This document shows, one piece after another, positions 1-10,222 of a DNA stretch of 64,000 nucleotides (positions within the stretch are counted from its first letter, which is position 1; every line of letters begins with the position of its first letter). Source of the stretch: an uncultured delta proteobacterium. GTDB taxonomy: Bacteria > Desulfobacterota > Binatia > UBA9968. The position numbers and the translations under genes were made by a program. Below the pieces are notes generated by a model. It saw nothing but the letters and a program-made list of their open reading frames with translations. It ran no database searches and was not told the DNA's origin. The stretch covers positions 96,001-160,000 of the forward strand of contig CAWDPO010000001.1 of NCBI GenBank assembly GCA_963804165.1. Reading direction: 5' to 3'.

Positions 1-21
1 GCGGGTTTAGAATCACCACAG

Positions 22-3000
22 ATGAAACTTCGTTCCTTTCTCATTCTGCTCGTTATCGCCGCGGTCCTGCCGGTCGTGATTTTCGCCGCGGTCATGACCT
101 ACTTATCGTACCGGCAGCAACGAGAGAAACTTGCTGATCGCATGATCGAGAGGGCACGCGCGATTTCAGCGGCGTTGGATCGCGAGTTTATGGTTTCCAT
201 TCAGAGCTTGAAGGTGCTCGCGGCATCGACGCATCTCGATAACGGAGAACTCGCGGAATTCTACGGCGATATGAAAGGCGCGCTCGCAGCCTACAACCGC
301 GCCTGGCAAAACCTCACACTGGTCGACGCATCCGGTCAGCAACTGATCAACCTTCGCCGCCCTTTCGGCGCGCCCCTGCCGGCCACAGGCAATCCCGCAG
401 CCCTTGAACAGGCTCGCCGGACGAAACAGGTCGTTATTGCCAACGTTTCTCCAGGACCCGTAACCGGTGCTCCTGGCGTCGTTGTGCACCTACCCATTCT
501 CAAGGACGGCGAGGTTAAATATTTTCTTAATGCCATCTTTTATCCGGCACCGCTGACGGATCTTCTCTTGCAACAAAAACTCCCAGCCGGCTGGATCGCC
601 ACGATTATCGATCGCAACCACAACATCGCGGCGCGGACTCGCGACGTCGGGAAGTTTATCGGCAAACCCGTGTCGGCAATCTTTGCCGCGCAGGCGAAAC
701 AGTCCCAGGAAGGCACCTGGCGCGCCACCACGCTCGACGGCTCCGCCGTCGTCGCCGCTCATCATCGCTCGGATTTCACCGGCTGGACCGTGGGCATCGG
801 CAGTCCCATTGAGGAGATTGACGCGCCGCTTATGAGATCGCTGATGACGACTGGCGCCGGCGGGCTGGTGCTTCTCTGTTTCGCCCTTGCTTTCGCGGTG
901 GCTCTTGGGCGACGTATCGCCGGGCCGGTCGCGATGCTCTCCGGCGCCGCCGAAAAGTTGGGCCGCGGGGAAATAGCGAAGGTACCCGGATCGCCGATCG
1001 CCGAACTAAACCGCCTGGCCCAAGGGCTGGGAAGTGCCGCGAAGCTGCGTATCGAAGCAGAGGAACAACTGCGTTATCAGCTGCAGCTCAGCCAAAACAT
1101 CACGGATAAAGCGGCCGACTCCATCTTTGTCTCTGATAAACTGGGCCGAATAACCTTTATCAACCCGGAAGCCGAACGAACTTTCGGCTTCGGCGCCGAA
1201 GAGCTTATCGGTCAGACTCTGCACGAAAAGCTTCATCACCATTATGTCGACGGTCGCCCGTTCCCGCCCCAGGACTGCGTCCTCGAGCAGATTCCCGCCG
1301 CGGAGAACTCCGTGCGAAACAAGCAAGACGTATTCTTTCGCAAGGACGGCTCGGCAGTCGAAGTGGAGTGCTCCAATGCTTCGCTGGAAGTAAACGATGA
1401 GCGGGTCGGCGCAGTCTTGATGGTGCGCGATGTCACGGAACGGAACAAAAACGCGTTGCGTATTCGGCAGCTAAACCGCGTCTACGCGGTTCTGAGCGAC
1501 ATCAACCAAGCCATCGTGCGCCTGCGCGACCGGCGAACGCTTTTGACCAGCGCCTGCCGCATCGCCGTCGAGAAAGGCGGGTTCCGCATGGCATGGATCG
1601 GCCGTGTCGATCCGCGAACCGGAAGACTCGAAGCCGCCGCCGAGGCCGGCTTCGCCGACGGCTACGTCGAGCAATTGACGAGCGTAACGGGAAGCTCTCA
1701 GTACAACGACGAACCTTCGGCCAGCGCCCTACGCCAAAGCGCGCACGAAGTTTGTAACGATATCGAGCTCGACCGGGGCTCGGTTCCATGGCGAGAAGAA
1801 GCGCTGCGGCGCGGTTTCCGCTCGTGCGCCGCCTTGCCGCTCAAGATCGGCGACGAAGTGGTCGCAACGTTTAATCTTTATTCGAGCGAGCCGGGATTTT
1901 TCAACGCCGAGGAATTGGCTCTCCTCGATGAATTGGCGGCGGATATCGGCCTAGCATTGGAAATCCAACGTCAAGAGTCGGAAAGATCTCTCGCGGAGAA
2001 TGCTCTGCGCGAAAGCGAAGAGCGGTTCCGCCAATTAGCCGAAAACATCCGTGAAGTTTTTTGGCTAAGCACACCCGATAAGTCGCGCATCATTTACGTC
2101 AGTTCGGGCTATGAAATGATCTGGGGTCGCAGTTGTCAAAGTCTGTACAACTCGCCGCGCGATTGGCTCGACGCCATTCATCCCGAAGATCGCGAGCCGG
2201 TGCTCCAGGCCGCGCTGAGTGAACAGGAAACCGGCATCTACGACAAGGAATTTCGCATCGTACGACCGGACGGCGCTATCCGCTGGATTCGCGACCGGGC
2301 CTTTCCGGTGCGCGACGTCGCCGGCGCGGTTTACCGCATCGCCGGGATCGCCGAGGACATCACCGGCCGCAAGGACGCGGAAGTCCGGGCGCAAACTCAA
2401 AACAAAGAACTCCAGGTCCTGCACGATATCGGACAGGACATTAACTCCGTTGATTCACCGGACGTCGAGTTGCGGGACGTTCTCGCGCATATCCTGCAAA
2501 GATTGATCGTCGTCGGATCGTTTGATCTTGGCAGTATTCGTGTCGAAGACGTATCCGACGCACTCCCGCTCATACTGGTCCATCACGGCTACCACCACCC
2601 CGAACAGATAAATCGATCCACGAGAATTATGAATCGAGGGAACGCCGCTCAATATCCCGCGCGATATCGCGTTGTCGAGACCGGCAATGCTAAGGCGGTG
2701 GATGACGTCCAGAGCTATGACGGTCTGACCACGCTCAAAGCTGAAGGTCTTCGCTCGGTGCTCTTGGTGCCGCTGCGTCACGACGAAAACACTGTCGGCC
2801 TGCTGCAACTTGGGTCGCGCAGCCCGCGCAAATTTGCTCTTGATGAGATTCGTTTTTACGAGACCCTGGGCAGCTACCTGGCGGTGGCCACTCAACGACA
2901 CCGGCTCTTGGAAAAATTGACGGCGGCAAAGGAGGGTCTTGAAATCGAAGTCGCCGCGCGCACGCGTGAATTAACCGCGGCCAACGAAAGGCTGACCGAG

Positions 3001-3693
3001 CTGGACCAACTCAAATCGCAATTTCTCGCCAATATGTCCCATGAGCTGCGCACGCCGCTGAACGCCATCATCGGTTTCACGCAGCTTATGCACGACGGCA
3101 AGGTCAGCGGACCGGTGTCCGCCGAGCAAAAGGAATACCTCGGCGATATTCTGAGCAGCGCCACGCACCTCCTGCAACTGATCAACGATGTCCTCGATTT
3201 GTCAAAGGTCGAGGCTGGCCGAATGGAAATTCTCGAGAGCACGTTCTCTCTCGACGAGGTCATCGTCGAGGTCGTGCAAAACGTCACGCCCATCATGTCC
3301 GTCAAAGGGTTGAAGCTGATCCGCGACATCCCGCAGGACCTTGCACCGATCACCACCGACCGGAGAAAGCTTGTGCAAATCCTGCTAAATCTCGCAAGCA
3401 ATGCCGTGAAATTTACCGATCACGGTGAGATCGGCATCCATTGCCAGGCGTCCGCGGGCACCCTCCGAATGAGCGTGTCCGATACGGGTATCGGCATCAA
3501 ACCGGCGGAATTGGCGCGGCTGTTTCAACCGTTTTCTCAGATCGATGACAGTTTGCAAAAGCGCCACGAAGGAACCGGCCTTGGGTTGTACCTATCCGGG
3601 CGACTGGCGACCCTCCTCGGCGGTGACCTTACGGTTGAGAGCGAGTATGGCAAAGGCTCGACGTTTACGCTTACGCTTCCGTACACCAACTGA
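22..3693 (+). CDS. Membrane sensor histidine kinase (Cache-HAMP-PAS-GAF-PAS-GAF-HisKA-HATPase)
   Basis: Two TM segments flanking a Cache-like domain; PAS motifs (FINPEAERTFG, WLDAIHPEDR); GAF segments; H-box FLANMSHELRTPLNAIIG; N-box NLASNAVKFT; G boxes DTGIGI and GTGLGL; no receiver domain. Confidence 0.93.
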   Translation: MKLRSFLILLVIAAVLPVVIFAAVMTYLSYRQQREKLADRMIERARAISAALDREFMVSIQSLKVLAASTHLDNGELAEFYGDMKGALAAYNRAWQNLTLVDASGQQLINLRRPFGAPLPATGNPAALEQARRTKQVVIANVSPGPVTGAPGVVVHLPILKDGEVKYFLNAIFYPAPLTDLLLQQKLPAGWIATIIDRNHNIAARTRDVGKFIGKPVSAIFAAQAKQSQEGTWRATTLDGSAVVAAHHRSDFTGWTVGIGSPIEEIDAPLMRSLMTTGAGGLVLLCFALAFAVALGRRIAGPVAMLSGAAEKLGRGEIAKVPGSPIAELNRLAQGLGSAAKLRIEAEEQLRYQLQLSQNITDKAADSIFVSDKLGRITFINPEAERTFGFGAEELIGQTLHEKLHHHYVDGRPFPPQDCVLEQIPAAENSVRNKQDVFFRKDGSAVEVECSNASLEVNDERVGAVLMVRDVTERNKNALRIRQLNRVYAVLSDINQAIVRLRDRRTLLTSACRIAVEKGGFRMAWIGRVDPRTGRLEAAAEAGFADGYVEQLTSVTGSSQYNDEPSASALRQSAHEVCNDIELDRGSVPWREEALRRGFRSCAALPLKIGDEVVATFNLYSSEPGFFNAEELALLDELAADIGLALEIQRQESERSLAENALRESEERFRQLAENIREVFWLSTPDKSRIIYVSSGYEMIWGRSCQSLYNSPRDWLDAIHPEDREPVLQAALSEQETGIYDKEFRIVRPDGAIRWIRDRAFPVRDVAGAVYRIAGIAEDITGRKDAEVRAQTQNKELQVLHDIGQDINSVDSPDVELRDVLAHILQRLIVVGSFDLGSIRVEDVSDALPLILVHHGYHHPEQINRSTRIMNRGNAAQYPARYRVVETGNAKAVDDVQSYDGLTTLKAEGLRSVLLVPLRHDENTVGLLQLGSRSPRKFALDEIRFYETLGSYLAVATQRHRLLEKLTAAKEGLEIEVAARTRELTAANERLTELDQLKSQFLANMSHELRTPLNAIIGFTQLMHDGKVSGPVSAEQKEYLGDILSSATHLLQLINDVLDLSKVEAGRMEILESTFSLDEVIVEVVQNVTPIMSVKGLKLIRDIPQDLAPITTDRRKLVQILLNLASNAVKFTDHGEIGIHCQASAGTLRMSVSDTGIGIKPAELARLFQPFSQIDDSLQKRHEGTGLGLYLSGRLATLLGGDLTVESEYGKGSTFTLTLPYTN

Positions 3694-3920
3694 ATCGGCC
3701 TTGATTCCAAGCCGCGGGATTCTACATCGGTCGACTGTAAGTCGACTTTTTTTTCGCTGAATCCGAGAACCCAGCTGCCGCCCTGCGGTCATCAATACAG
3801 CCGCAACCGAGCTGTTAGACACAAGCTCCAAACTCAAGACCAACCAACCGCTATTGATTACGTACCGGGAGTGAGTATCGTCGTGACGAGGTCCATTCAG
3901 AATGAGGAGAGATCTAAACG

Positions 3921-4715
3921 ATGAGCTATGATAGTTTTGATTTTGACACCACTGATGGCATCGCCACCATTCGCTTCAACAACCCGGAGAAACTCAATGC
4001 GCTGACCTTCCAAACCTACGCCGATTTGGAAAAAATCATGGAAGATTTGGCCCATGACGACGCGGTCGACGTTGTCATGATTACGGGGACCGGCAAAGGA
4101 TTCTGCTCCGGCGGCAGCGTCAACGATATCATCGGCCCGCTCCTCAGTATGGCAAGCGACGAGCTCTATAACTTCACGAGCATGACCTGCAATGTCGTGA
4201 GAAACATGCGCCGGCTGAAAAAGCCCATTATCGCCGCGGTCAATGGCATCGCGGCAGGCGCCGGCGCGGTGCTCATGCTCGCCGCGGACCTCAGAATCTT
4301 CTCGGATCAAGCGCGCGCGGCGTTTCTCTTCGTCAAAGTCGGCTTATCCGGTGCCGACATGGGCGCGCTCTATTTACTGCCTCGCATCGTCGGTTTAGGC
4401 AAAGCAACCGAGCTGATCTTCTTCGGCGATAGCATCGACGCTCAAGAAGCTTATCGCATCGGCCTCGCCAATCGCGTCGTGCCGGCTGAAAGCCTGATTT
4501 CTGAAGCGCGTCAATGGGCGCTCCGTCTAAAGGCCGGGCCCCGGCACGCTCTCGGTGTCACCAAGGCACTTTTTGAGAGCGAAGCAAACTCGGAGTTGGA
4601 AGCCGCTTTGGAAATGGAAGCACGGGCACAGGCTCAATGTATGCAAGCGAGCGATTTCCGCGAGGGCTTCAACGCTTTCCTAGAAAAACGACCGCCGCGA
4701 TTCAACCGCTCATAG
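3921..4715 (+). CDS. Enoyl-CoA hydratase/isomerase (crotonase) family protein
   Basis: NNPEKLNAL, FCSGG, KPIIAAVNGIAAGAG, C-terminal DFREGFNAFLEKRPP; GAGGAG RBS upstream. Confidence 0.92.
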   Translation: MSYDSFDFDTTDGIATIRFNNPEKLNALTFQTYADLEKIMEDLAHDDAVDVVMITGTGKGFCSGGSVNDIIGPLLSMASDELYNFTSMTCNVVRNMRRLKKPIIAAVNGIAAGAGAVLMLAADLRIFSDQARAAFLFVKVGLSGADMGALYLLPRIVGLGKATELIFFGDSIDAQEAYRIGLANRVVPAESLISEARQWALRLKAGPRHALGVTKALFESEANSELEAALEMEARAQAQCMQASDFREGFNAFLEKRPPRFNRS

Positions 4716-4850
4716 GCATCGATCCCGCTGATTAGATGCGCAAGACCATCTTGCATGAATCATCGCATCCGCGATGCCGGCGATGCTCAGAGGCGTATAC
4801 CGCGCAAGCGTTCGTCATTGCCGTCTTTGAGGTTCTTTTGTCCAGGCAAA

Positions 4851-5087
4851 TCAGTACAGCACAGCTCGCAGTCGAGGATGGATCGCGGTCAGGCGATTGT
4901 GATGACCCTTCCAGAAAGTAATGTTGGATTTCGTCAGGTAAACAAGATCGAGAGCTTCGATCGTGAGTCCCAACCCCCACACCACCGAGGCACACGGCTC
5001 GCAGACCTTCAAATCGACAACCTTGCCGTAGGCCCGATACACGGCTTTGGTATGTCTCCGGCAGCGCTGGCAGTTCATCAACCTCAT
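4851..5087 (-). CDS. Small hypothetical protein with CxxC...CxxC (possible Zn ribbon)
   Basis: CQRC and CEPC pairs in a 78-aa ORF. Confidence 0.5.
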   Translation of the reverse strand: MRLMNCQRCRRHTKAVYRAYGKVVDLKVCEPCASVVWGLGLTIEALDLVYLTKSNITFWKGHHNRLTAIHPRLRAVLY

Positions 5088-5093
5088 CGCGGT

Positions 5094-5420
5094 TTAGCCA
5101 ATCACGCAAAAAATCCGCTGCTTGGACGCCGCATCGAGCTTTGTCCAACCGCGCGTTGCCTGTTTGTTCTCGCCGCGCACGTCATTCCGTCGGTTTGTCA
5201 TTTCGCTCGTGCGTAGGTTGACCGAGGCGACTCGATCCCGTGAAGTTTGCGAGTCCTTAACCGGATCGTCACTGCTTATCCTTAGGTCCTCCGGCTGCAG
5301 TGACAGCCTGACGCCATCGTCAGGGAAAACCCAGCGTCCAAGCCAAGGACCGCGGCTGACGGAATCCTGCTGATTTAAGGCGTGCCAGAAAAGCGGCCAA
5401 TCGATTTCTGCTATTTTCAT
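5094..5420 (-). CDS. Hypothetical protein
   Basis: 108-aa ATG ORF with GGAG RBS, directly upstream of 4851-5087; no motif recognised. Confidence 0.35.
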   Translation of the reverse strand: MKIAEIDWPLFWHALNQQDSVSRGPWLGRWVFPDDGVRLSLQPEDLRISSDDPVKDSQTSRDRVASVNLRTSEMTNRRNDVRGENKQATRGWTKLDAASKQRIFCVIG

Positions 5421-5688
5421 TTCACTTATCTCCCAAGTAAAATTACCGCGCGCGCCCGCCCATCAATTCGCCTGCGTACCGGCCGGATCCGCGGCGCAGA
5501 TAGCGCAAGCGGGTTTGAAACCACGTGCCTTCGGGCCACTGCCAATTGTTTCCGGGGAGCCCTTCACCACCATAGGCGCCGTTATTTACGCGACTTAGAG
5601 TAAAAATTAGTTCCCATGAGTTCATTGCAAAATCTCCTCCTCTTTCGGATGACGTTGAACGGGTCTCATGCCGGATTCCGTGCGACGC

Positions 5689-6111
5689 TCAACCGGCGAG
5701 CTTGGATCGCTCCGCGACCTCGGCATAGCGATTCGTTTTTTGGTTTCTTTCTTTCCATCGCAGCAACCCCTGGCGCACGTATTCGGGGTTTAACCCCAAT
5801 GCTTCGCAAACGCTGTCGAAGGAAAAAATCCAATCGCCGGACGCCGTGCGGATCCATTGCTCGGTTTCTTCGAATAACCTCTTTTTCTTGGCGCCGCGCG
5901 AAATCAAATTGACCTGGTAGCAATTAATTGCGTCTTCCAAGAGCGCCAGCATAAGCCGCTTCTCCGGCTCGAAGTAGGTTTTTCTGCGCAGGTTTTCAAA
6001 GTACTGAGCCGACAGCAACATGTCGGGCTGAAACAACGACGTGATCTTCTCGTCTGCCGTGAGCGCGCTCTGCTCACTATCGTGACTTACGCTGGCCGCG
6101 CGTGGATTCAT
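5689..6111 (-). CDS. Conserved hypothetical protein (EPEKRLMLAxLEDA...FSFxxVCEALG family)
   Basis: Motifs recalled from Deltaproteobacteria/Binatia hypothetical proteins; GGAGG RBS; last gene of the STAS/thioredoxin operon. Confidence 0.7.
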   Translation of the reverse strand: MNPRAASVSHDSEQSALTADEKITSLFQPDMLLSAQYFENLRRKTYFEPEKRLMLALLEDAINCYQVNLISRGAKKKRLFEETEQWIRTASGDWIFSFDSVCEALGLNPEYVRQGLLRWKERNQKTNRYAEVAERSKLAG

Positions 6112-6123
6112 GCTTCCCTCCCG

Positions 6124-6465
6124 CTAATCAATATTGCGACCCATGTGAGGGTCGATTTTGCGCACGATCTCGGTTTTGCTCGCGGCGCCCAGCAGGCGTT
6201 CGATTTCCGCGCCGTCTTTAAAGAGAATCAGTGTCGGAATCCCGCGAACGTCGTAACGCGCTGCGGTGCGCGGGCTGTCGTCGACATTCAATTTGACAAC
6301 CCGGCCGCGCTCAGCCCAATCGATCGCGAGCGCTTCAACCGTCGGCGCGAGCGCACGGCATGGCGTGCACCACTCGGCCCAAAAATCCACCAATACCGGT
6401 TTTTCTGAGTGCAAAACCTCCTGCTCGAAATTGTCATCGTTTATTTCCCCGATCGCTCTACTCAT
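6124..6465 (-). CDS. trxA: Thioredoxin
   Basis: PVLVDFWAEWCTPCR, VRGIPTLILFKDG; probable start MSRAIGE at 6465 overlaps the upstream stop (ATGA) and follows GGAGGAG. Confidence 0.9.
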   Translation of the reverse strand: MSRAIGEINDDNFEQEVLHSEKPVLVDFWAEWCTPCRALAPTVEALAIDWAERGRVVKLNVDDSPRTAARYDVRGIPTLILFKDGAEIERLLGAASKTEIVRKIDPHMGRNID

Positions 6466-6737
6466 CGTCGTTCTCCTCCTTTGATCTCTTCGATGATCGC
6501 GGTGATCATGCAACCCGCGGCGGCCAGCTCCGCGCCTTGCCGATGCATCTCGGCTAATACGATCCGTCCCGCCTGATCGACATACGACACCTGTTTCAGC
6601 ACGACGGTGACCTGCTCGCCGCTGCCGACAGCGCGCTGCCAGCATTCTTTCAATTCTGCGACCCAAGGACCGGTGAGGCTCCCCTCGAGCTCAAGAATCG
6701 TCTGCTGACCGTCAGCGTGAGTCGTGATTTTCAACAT
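6462..6737 (-). CDS. STAS-domain (anti-sigma antagonist-like) protein
   Basis: LELEGSLTGPWVAEL...LKQVSYVDQAG STAS-like pattern, 91 aa. Confidence 0.75.
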   Translation of the reverse strand: MLKITTHADGQQTILELEGSLTGPWVAELKECWQRAVGSGEQVTVVLKQVSYVDQAGRIVLAEMHRQGAELAAAGCMITAIIEEIKGGERR

Positions 6738-6754
6738 AAGTCAGAAAAAAGCCC

Positions 6755-7168
6755 TCAAAAAAAACTGCCCTCGACCAGCGGAACAAAGACTCCTTCAAGC
6801 TGCTCTTCTCCCTCGACGAACGCGCGATCGACGGCTACTCGTTGAATGCCAAAGCGATCGAACCAGGCAACGGCAACGAGACTACCGTCACGGTTGTAGA
6901 CCTCGAGATAATCCGACGTTCTTTGGGTCGATGGATCGTCGTAAACGACCGCCAAGCCCAGCGCTACGCCCTGTTCCACCAGGGGAGACAACAAAACCAA
7001 ACTCAACGGCTGCTGCGACATATCGAGCGTCGGTAAATCGATTTTGCTCCCCGAGCCGCCCTCCGCGGCACTGACATTCGGGCTGACTTGCGACGCGATC
7101 AAGATGGTCGCGGCGGCGAACAGCACAAGCTTGAACCCGGCTAAAGAAACTTTGTGTTTGAATGACAT
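6755..7168 (-). CDS. Hypothetical exported protein
   Basis: Start MSFKHK at 7168 after GGAGG; basic N-region, hydrophobic stretch and VSA-type cleavage site. Confidence 0.65.
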   Translation of the reverse strand: MSFKHKVSLAGFKLVLFAAATILIASQVSPNVSAAEGGSGSKIDLPTLDMSQQPLSLVLLSPLVEQGVALGLAVVYDDPSTQRTSDYLEVYNRDGSLVAVAWFDRFGIQRVAVDRAFVEGEEQLEGVFVPLVEGSFF

Positions 7169-7249
7169 TGTCGGTCCTCCCCGGTGCGACATTCTCACTG
7201 CCAAATAATTTGCCGAATAGACCCTAAGTCTCACGATGATCGAATCGGC

Positions 7250-7426
7250 TTAGGTTAACAGTCGACGGGCATCGCCGATGATTCTCGATCCTGCGCGCAT
7301 ACCGCGCAGACCAAACTCAATCGCCGTCGAAATCAGCGCCGCTTCGAAACCGTGGATTTGTGCTCGCGCCAGCCAAGCAGTGCCAATCCACAACAACCCT
7401 GCAAACATCGGAATATCGAGCTTCAT
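7250..7426 (-). CDS. 58-aa small hydrophobic protein (not in ORF track)
   Basis: Read directly: MKLDIPMFAGLLWIGTAWLARAQIHGFEAALISTAIEFGLRGMRAGSRIIGDARRLLT*; GGAGAGG RBS; first ORF after the sigma54 promoter at 7472. Confidence 0.5.
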   Translation of the reverse strand: MKLDIPMFAGLLWIGTAWLARAQIHGFEAALISTAIEFGLRGMRAGSRIIGDARRLLT

Positions 7427-7471
7427 AACTTCTGCCGCCTCTCCAAGCTGTTCCTGTCATAAGGTGCTATG

Positions 7472-7486
7472 GCAACATGGGTGCCA
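7472..7486 (-). promoter_or_regulatory. Sigma54 (-24/-12) promoter
   Basis: TGGCAC-CCATG-TTGC on minus strand. Confidence 0.85.
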
Positions 7487-7581
7487 AACGTCCCGTGTGA
7501 AAAATGGCTCCGCAACTCGTGATAATTTGACAAGTTACGTCGGTGGAATGCGATTGTCCTAATGTGATGCCGAAAGTCTTG

Positions 7582-7615
7582 TGACGACCTGTCGGCACGC
7601 GCCGACATTATGGCT
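7582..7615. promoter_or_regulatory. Candidate enhancer (UAS), copy 1
   Basis: TGACGACCTGTCGGCA-CG-CGCCGACATTATGGCT, 96 bp upstream of the -24 element. Confidence 0.75.
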
Positions 7616-7781
7616 TGTCACGCGGGAGTAGAGGCTAATTGTTTGGCAGGAGCGAGACGGCGGGCGGACGCTGCGAGCGCTCCAAAGCCATCCGCTTTCG
7701 GCTAGGCGAAAGCAAAAAAGTAACGGAGAAGTTGGACTGAGGCGGCCTCCGCCATCGGCAATGCACTAACCCGCTGAACGA

Positions 7782-7852
7782 CCCTCGGCCTGAGCCGAGG
7801 GGGCTTCAAGTTTGTCGTTGACTTTAGTTCCCGTCATTCCCGCGTACGCGGG
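7782..7852. repeat. GC-rich hairpins / REP-like remnant
   Basis: CCCTCGGC-CTGA-GCCGAGGG (7782-7801) and GTCATTCCCGCGTACGCGGG (7833-7852); the latter resembles the GTCATTCC end of the element at 23230. Confidence 0.4.
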
Positions 7853-8502
7853 CTCTTTCTTGTTTTTATTCAATTCAAATCGACCCTGAATATTGGCCGG
7901 AGTTTATCCTGAGACTGATACGGATGTTGAGATCGAGACCAAGGCCTCGCAAAAGCGTACAACGGAGCAATCGTGTGTTGTAAGGAGGAGACCTTTAGTT
8001 ATAGCGCAAGCGCGATGCCCTCCGACGTAATTCAGACGAGCTAAGAAATGCTTGATAACCGGGATGTCAAGGAAACGCGCTGATGGAGCAAAACCAGTTG
8101 CTGAAAGACGCTGCCGAACTGCCGGAAGGTGACTCAATCTGGGCTTTAGTTTGCCTGAGCGATCGCACTCATTCAGTTCAGTTGCGATCGACGCAAACAA
8201 AACTCAGCTAAGAAAGAGAACCGAATCAATAGAAATTAGTCCCAGCCATTGATCACCAATCTTTTCATGAATAGCTTCGACACGCCTTGACATGAGCAAA
8301 ACGTGCGCTATGGGTGAATTAAGGATCACAAAAAAGCCTGCATTAATTTCCACGTGTAATTCTTCGCGTCTAGTTTTGCAAAAACTTCGTCCGGCATTCC
8401 AGGTCTGGCCGGCTTGTTTCGATCGAAAGCTTTAATCTCCTGATCGCAACAACCGCTGTGGTTTTGCGTGGTATAAAAACTTTTTCTTGGGGGAGGACTC
8501 TC

Positions 8503-8766
8503 ATGCGACTAAGAGAACACCCGAAAATCCAGTGGTCGCCGAGGTGGTCAGAGCGGGCTGAAAACTCGCTTGGGGGAGAAGACGGGATTTTAAAAGACGT
8601 GGATTTTGACGGACCGAGCAAGCTGCTTCTAAGCAACGAAATGGACGGGCAAATTTATTCTGCCGAACTATATTGCTTCAACACGGCTTTCACCCGCAGG
8701 CTCCACGAAAAACTCATGCCCATGTTGGGGCGACCAATACGAGAAGTGGGGGAACTCGATTTATAG
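8503..8766 (+). CDS. Hypothetical protein
   Basis: ATG at 8503 after GGGAGG; directly upstream of the FKBP gene. Confidence 0.6.
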   Translation: MRLREHPKIQWSPRWSERAENSLGGEDGILKDVDFDGPSKLLLSNEMDGQIYSAELYCFNTAFTRRLHEKLMPMLGRPIREVGELDL

Positions 8767-8799
8767 GATTATAGGATGACTCTAAAAAAGGAGGACATC

Positions 8800-9270
8800 A
8801 TGAGGCATGCAACACACGGGGATACCGTAAAGGTTCATTACCGCGGCAAACTGCACGACGGCTCTGTATTCGATGATACCGGCGATCGCGAACCCCTACA
8901 GTTTACTATCGGTGAAGGTCAAGTCATCTCGGGTTTTGAGGAAGCCGTGGTCGGAATGAAACCCGGTGATTCGAAAACGACAGAGCTACCGGTAGAAAAA
9001 GCTTTTGGGCCCTACTTAGAAGAGAGGGTGGTTGAGGTGCCTAAAAACAAGTTTGCGCGCTGGGATACGGAGCCGACCGTAGGTGAACAGGTACCCATCC
9101 CTCAACCGGACGGACCGCCCATAGATGTAACCGTAACTGAGGTCACCGAATCGAAAGTGACTGTGGATTTCAACCACCCGTTGGCGGGAGAAGAATTGAC
9201 TATTGACATCGAGCTGATCGACAATCGACATCGTCTATGGGGCGCACTGACTATGAGAGCGAAACATTAG
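8800..9270 (+). CDS. FKBP-type peptidyl-prolyl cis-trans isomerase (SlyD/SlpA-like)
   Basis: GDTVKVHYRGKLHDGSVFD, GFEEAVVGM, VDFNHPLAG; AGGAGG RBS before 8800. Confidence 0.92.
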   Translation: MRHATHGDTVKVHYRGKLHDGSVFDDTGDREPLQFTIGEGQVISGFEEAVVGMKPGDSKTTELPVEKAFGPYLEERVVEVPKNKFARWDTEPTVGEQVPIPQPDGPPIDVTVTEVTESKVTVDFNHPLAGEELTIDIELIDNRHRLWGALTMRAKH

Positions 9271-9377
9271 CCAGTAATAATAGTGGCTGTGAGTAAAGTG
9301 GAAAAGAGCAGGGTCGAGAGACCACAGACAGCCTACAGCAAAAACGCCTGAAGACAGATAGAGGACTGTAACCGAAC

Positions 9378-9788
9378 ATGGAAACAAATTTATGCGAGAA
9401 AACGCTTTTTGAGTTGCTCCGGCAGGCGGAGCCAGAGCTACGCCAAAAGTATGGTGACGACTCAGCGGTTCAGATCCTGGATGAAGTGCTGTATCCGATT
9501 GCCGAAAAATTGATTGCAACGGATGCACGTTCGTCGGAACAGGCTGCAGCAAATAAACCCGTCCGAGAAGCGACGCAGCCAAAAACGGACAGGGAGCGGC
9601 TTGAGCAAATGCTCGCTACGCCAATAGAGGAAATGGTAAACGAAAGCATGCTGCAAGTGATCGCCAAAGCGCTCAGTATGTGCATCGATGAGCTTGATGA
9701 GTCTACAACCGATGAAGAGCGTTTTAATACGCTTGGCCGTGTTCTCAAGTCTATGGTCGTGTTGGGGCGATGGTCCGTGCTGCAATAA
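9378..9788 (+). CDS. Hypothetical helical protein
   Basis: 136-aa ATG ORF with GAGG RBS; no family recognised. Confidence 0.6.
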   Translation: METNLCEKTLFELLRQAEPELRQKYGDDSAVQILDEVLYPIAEKLIATDARSSEQAAANKPVREATQPKTDRERLEQMLATPIEEMVNESMLQVIAKALSMCIDELDESTTDEERFNTLGRVLKSMVVLGRWSVLQ

Positions 9789-9948
9789 GCCCAGCGCCTC
9801 GTGCAACCCGTGCGACGCGAGTAGGTTTACCACCACACGCTCTCGCGCCGCTTGTCCCCTTCCCTAACTGGCCGCTCCGAGGCCACCACCCCGCCGGCCC
9901 TAAATTCTGCTTTGGAAGCGCCTCCGCCGGAGCGGACCACAGCTGTCT

Positions 9949-10215
9949 TCACGACGGCAGATCCAGCCAGTAGCCGGCAAATTCGAAGCGGAGACGGGTT
10001 GCTTGTGACAGTTCAACAATTCGCTCGATCTCGAATTCGATCAGTCGCTCTCCGCCGGTGAATTCGGCAATCCGTGGATCCTCCCAAAGAATTTTTGCGC
10101 TTCCTGTAAGCTGTAACGCGTCGCCTGTTTGAAAGTTTGGAAACAGCAAACCGGCGCGCGGGTTCGAAAGGATGTTGCCGAGCGAGTTGAACATGTTATT
10201 GCCACGGTAGTACCT
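9949..10215 (-). pseudogene. C-terminal fragment of a pyridoxamine 5'-phosphate oxidase-like FMN-binding protein
   Basis: YRGNNMFNSLGNILSNPRAGLLF...GDALQLTG motif, but the N-terminal part is absent and the upstream gene ends only ~10 bp away. Confidence 0.7.
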
Positions 10216-10222
10216 TATCGAC

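Noticed and set aside
7782-7801. IS200/IS605 element end
   Set aside because: Hairpin resembles such ends, but there is no tnpA/tnpB or partner end nearby
7904-8300. ORF 7904-8200 and AT-rich flank
   Set aside because: TTG start, no RBS and no recognisable motif in any frame
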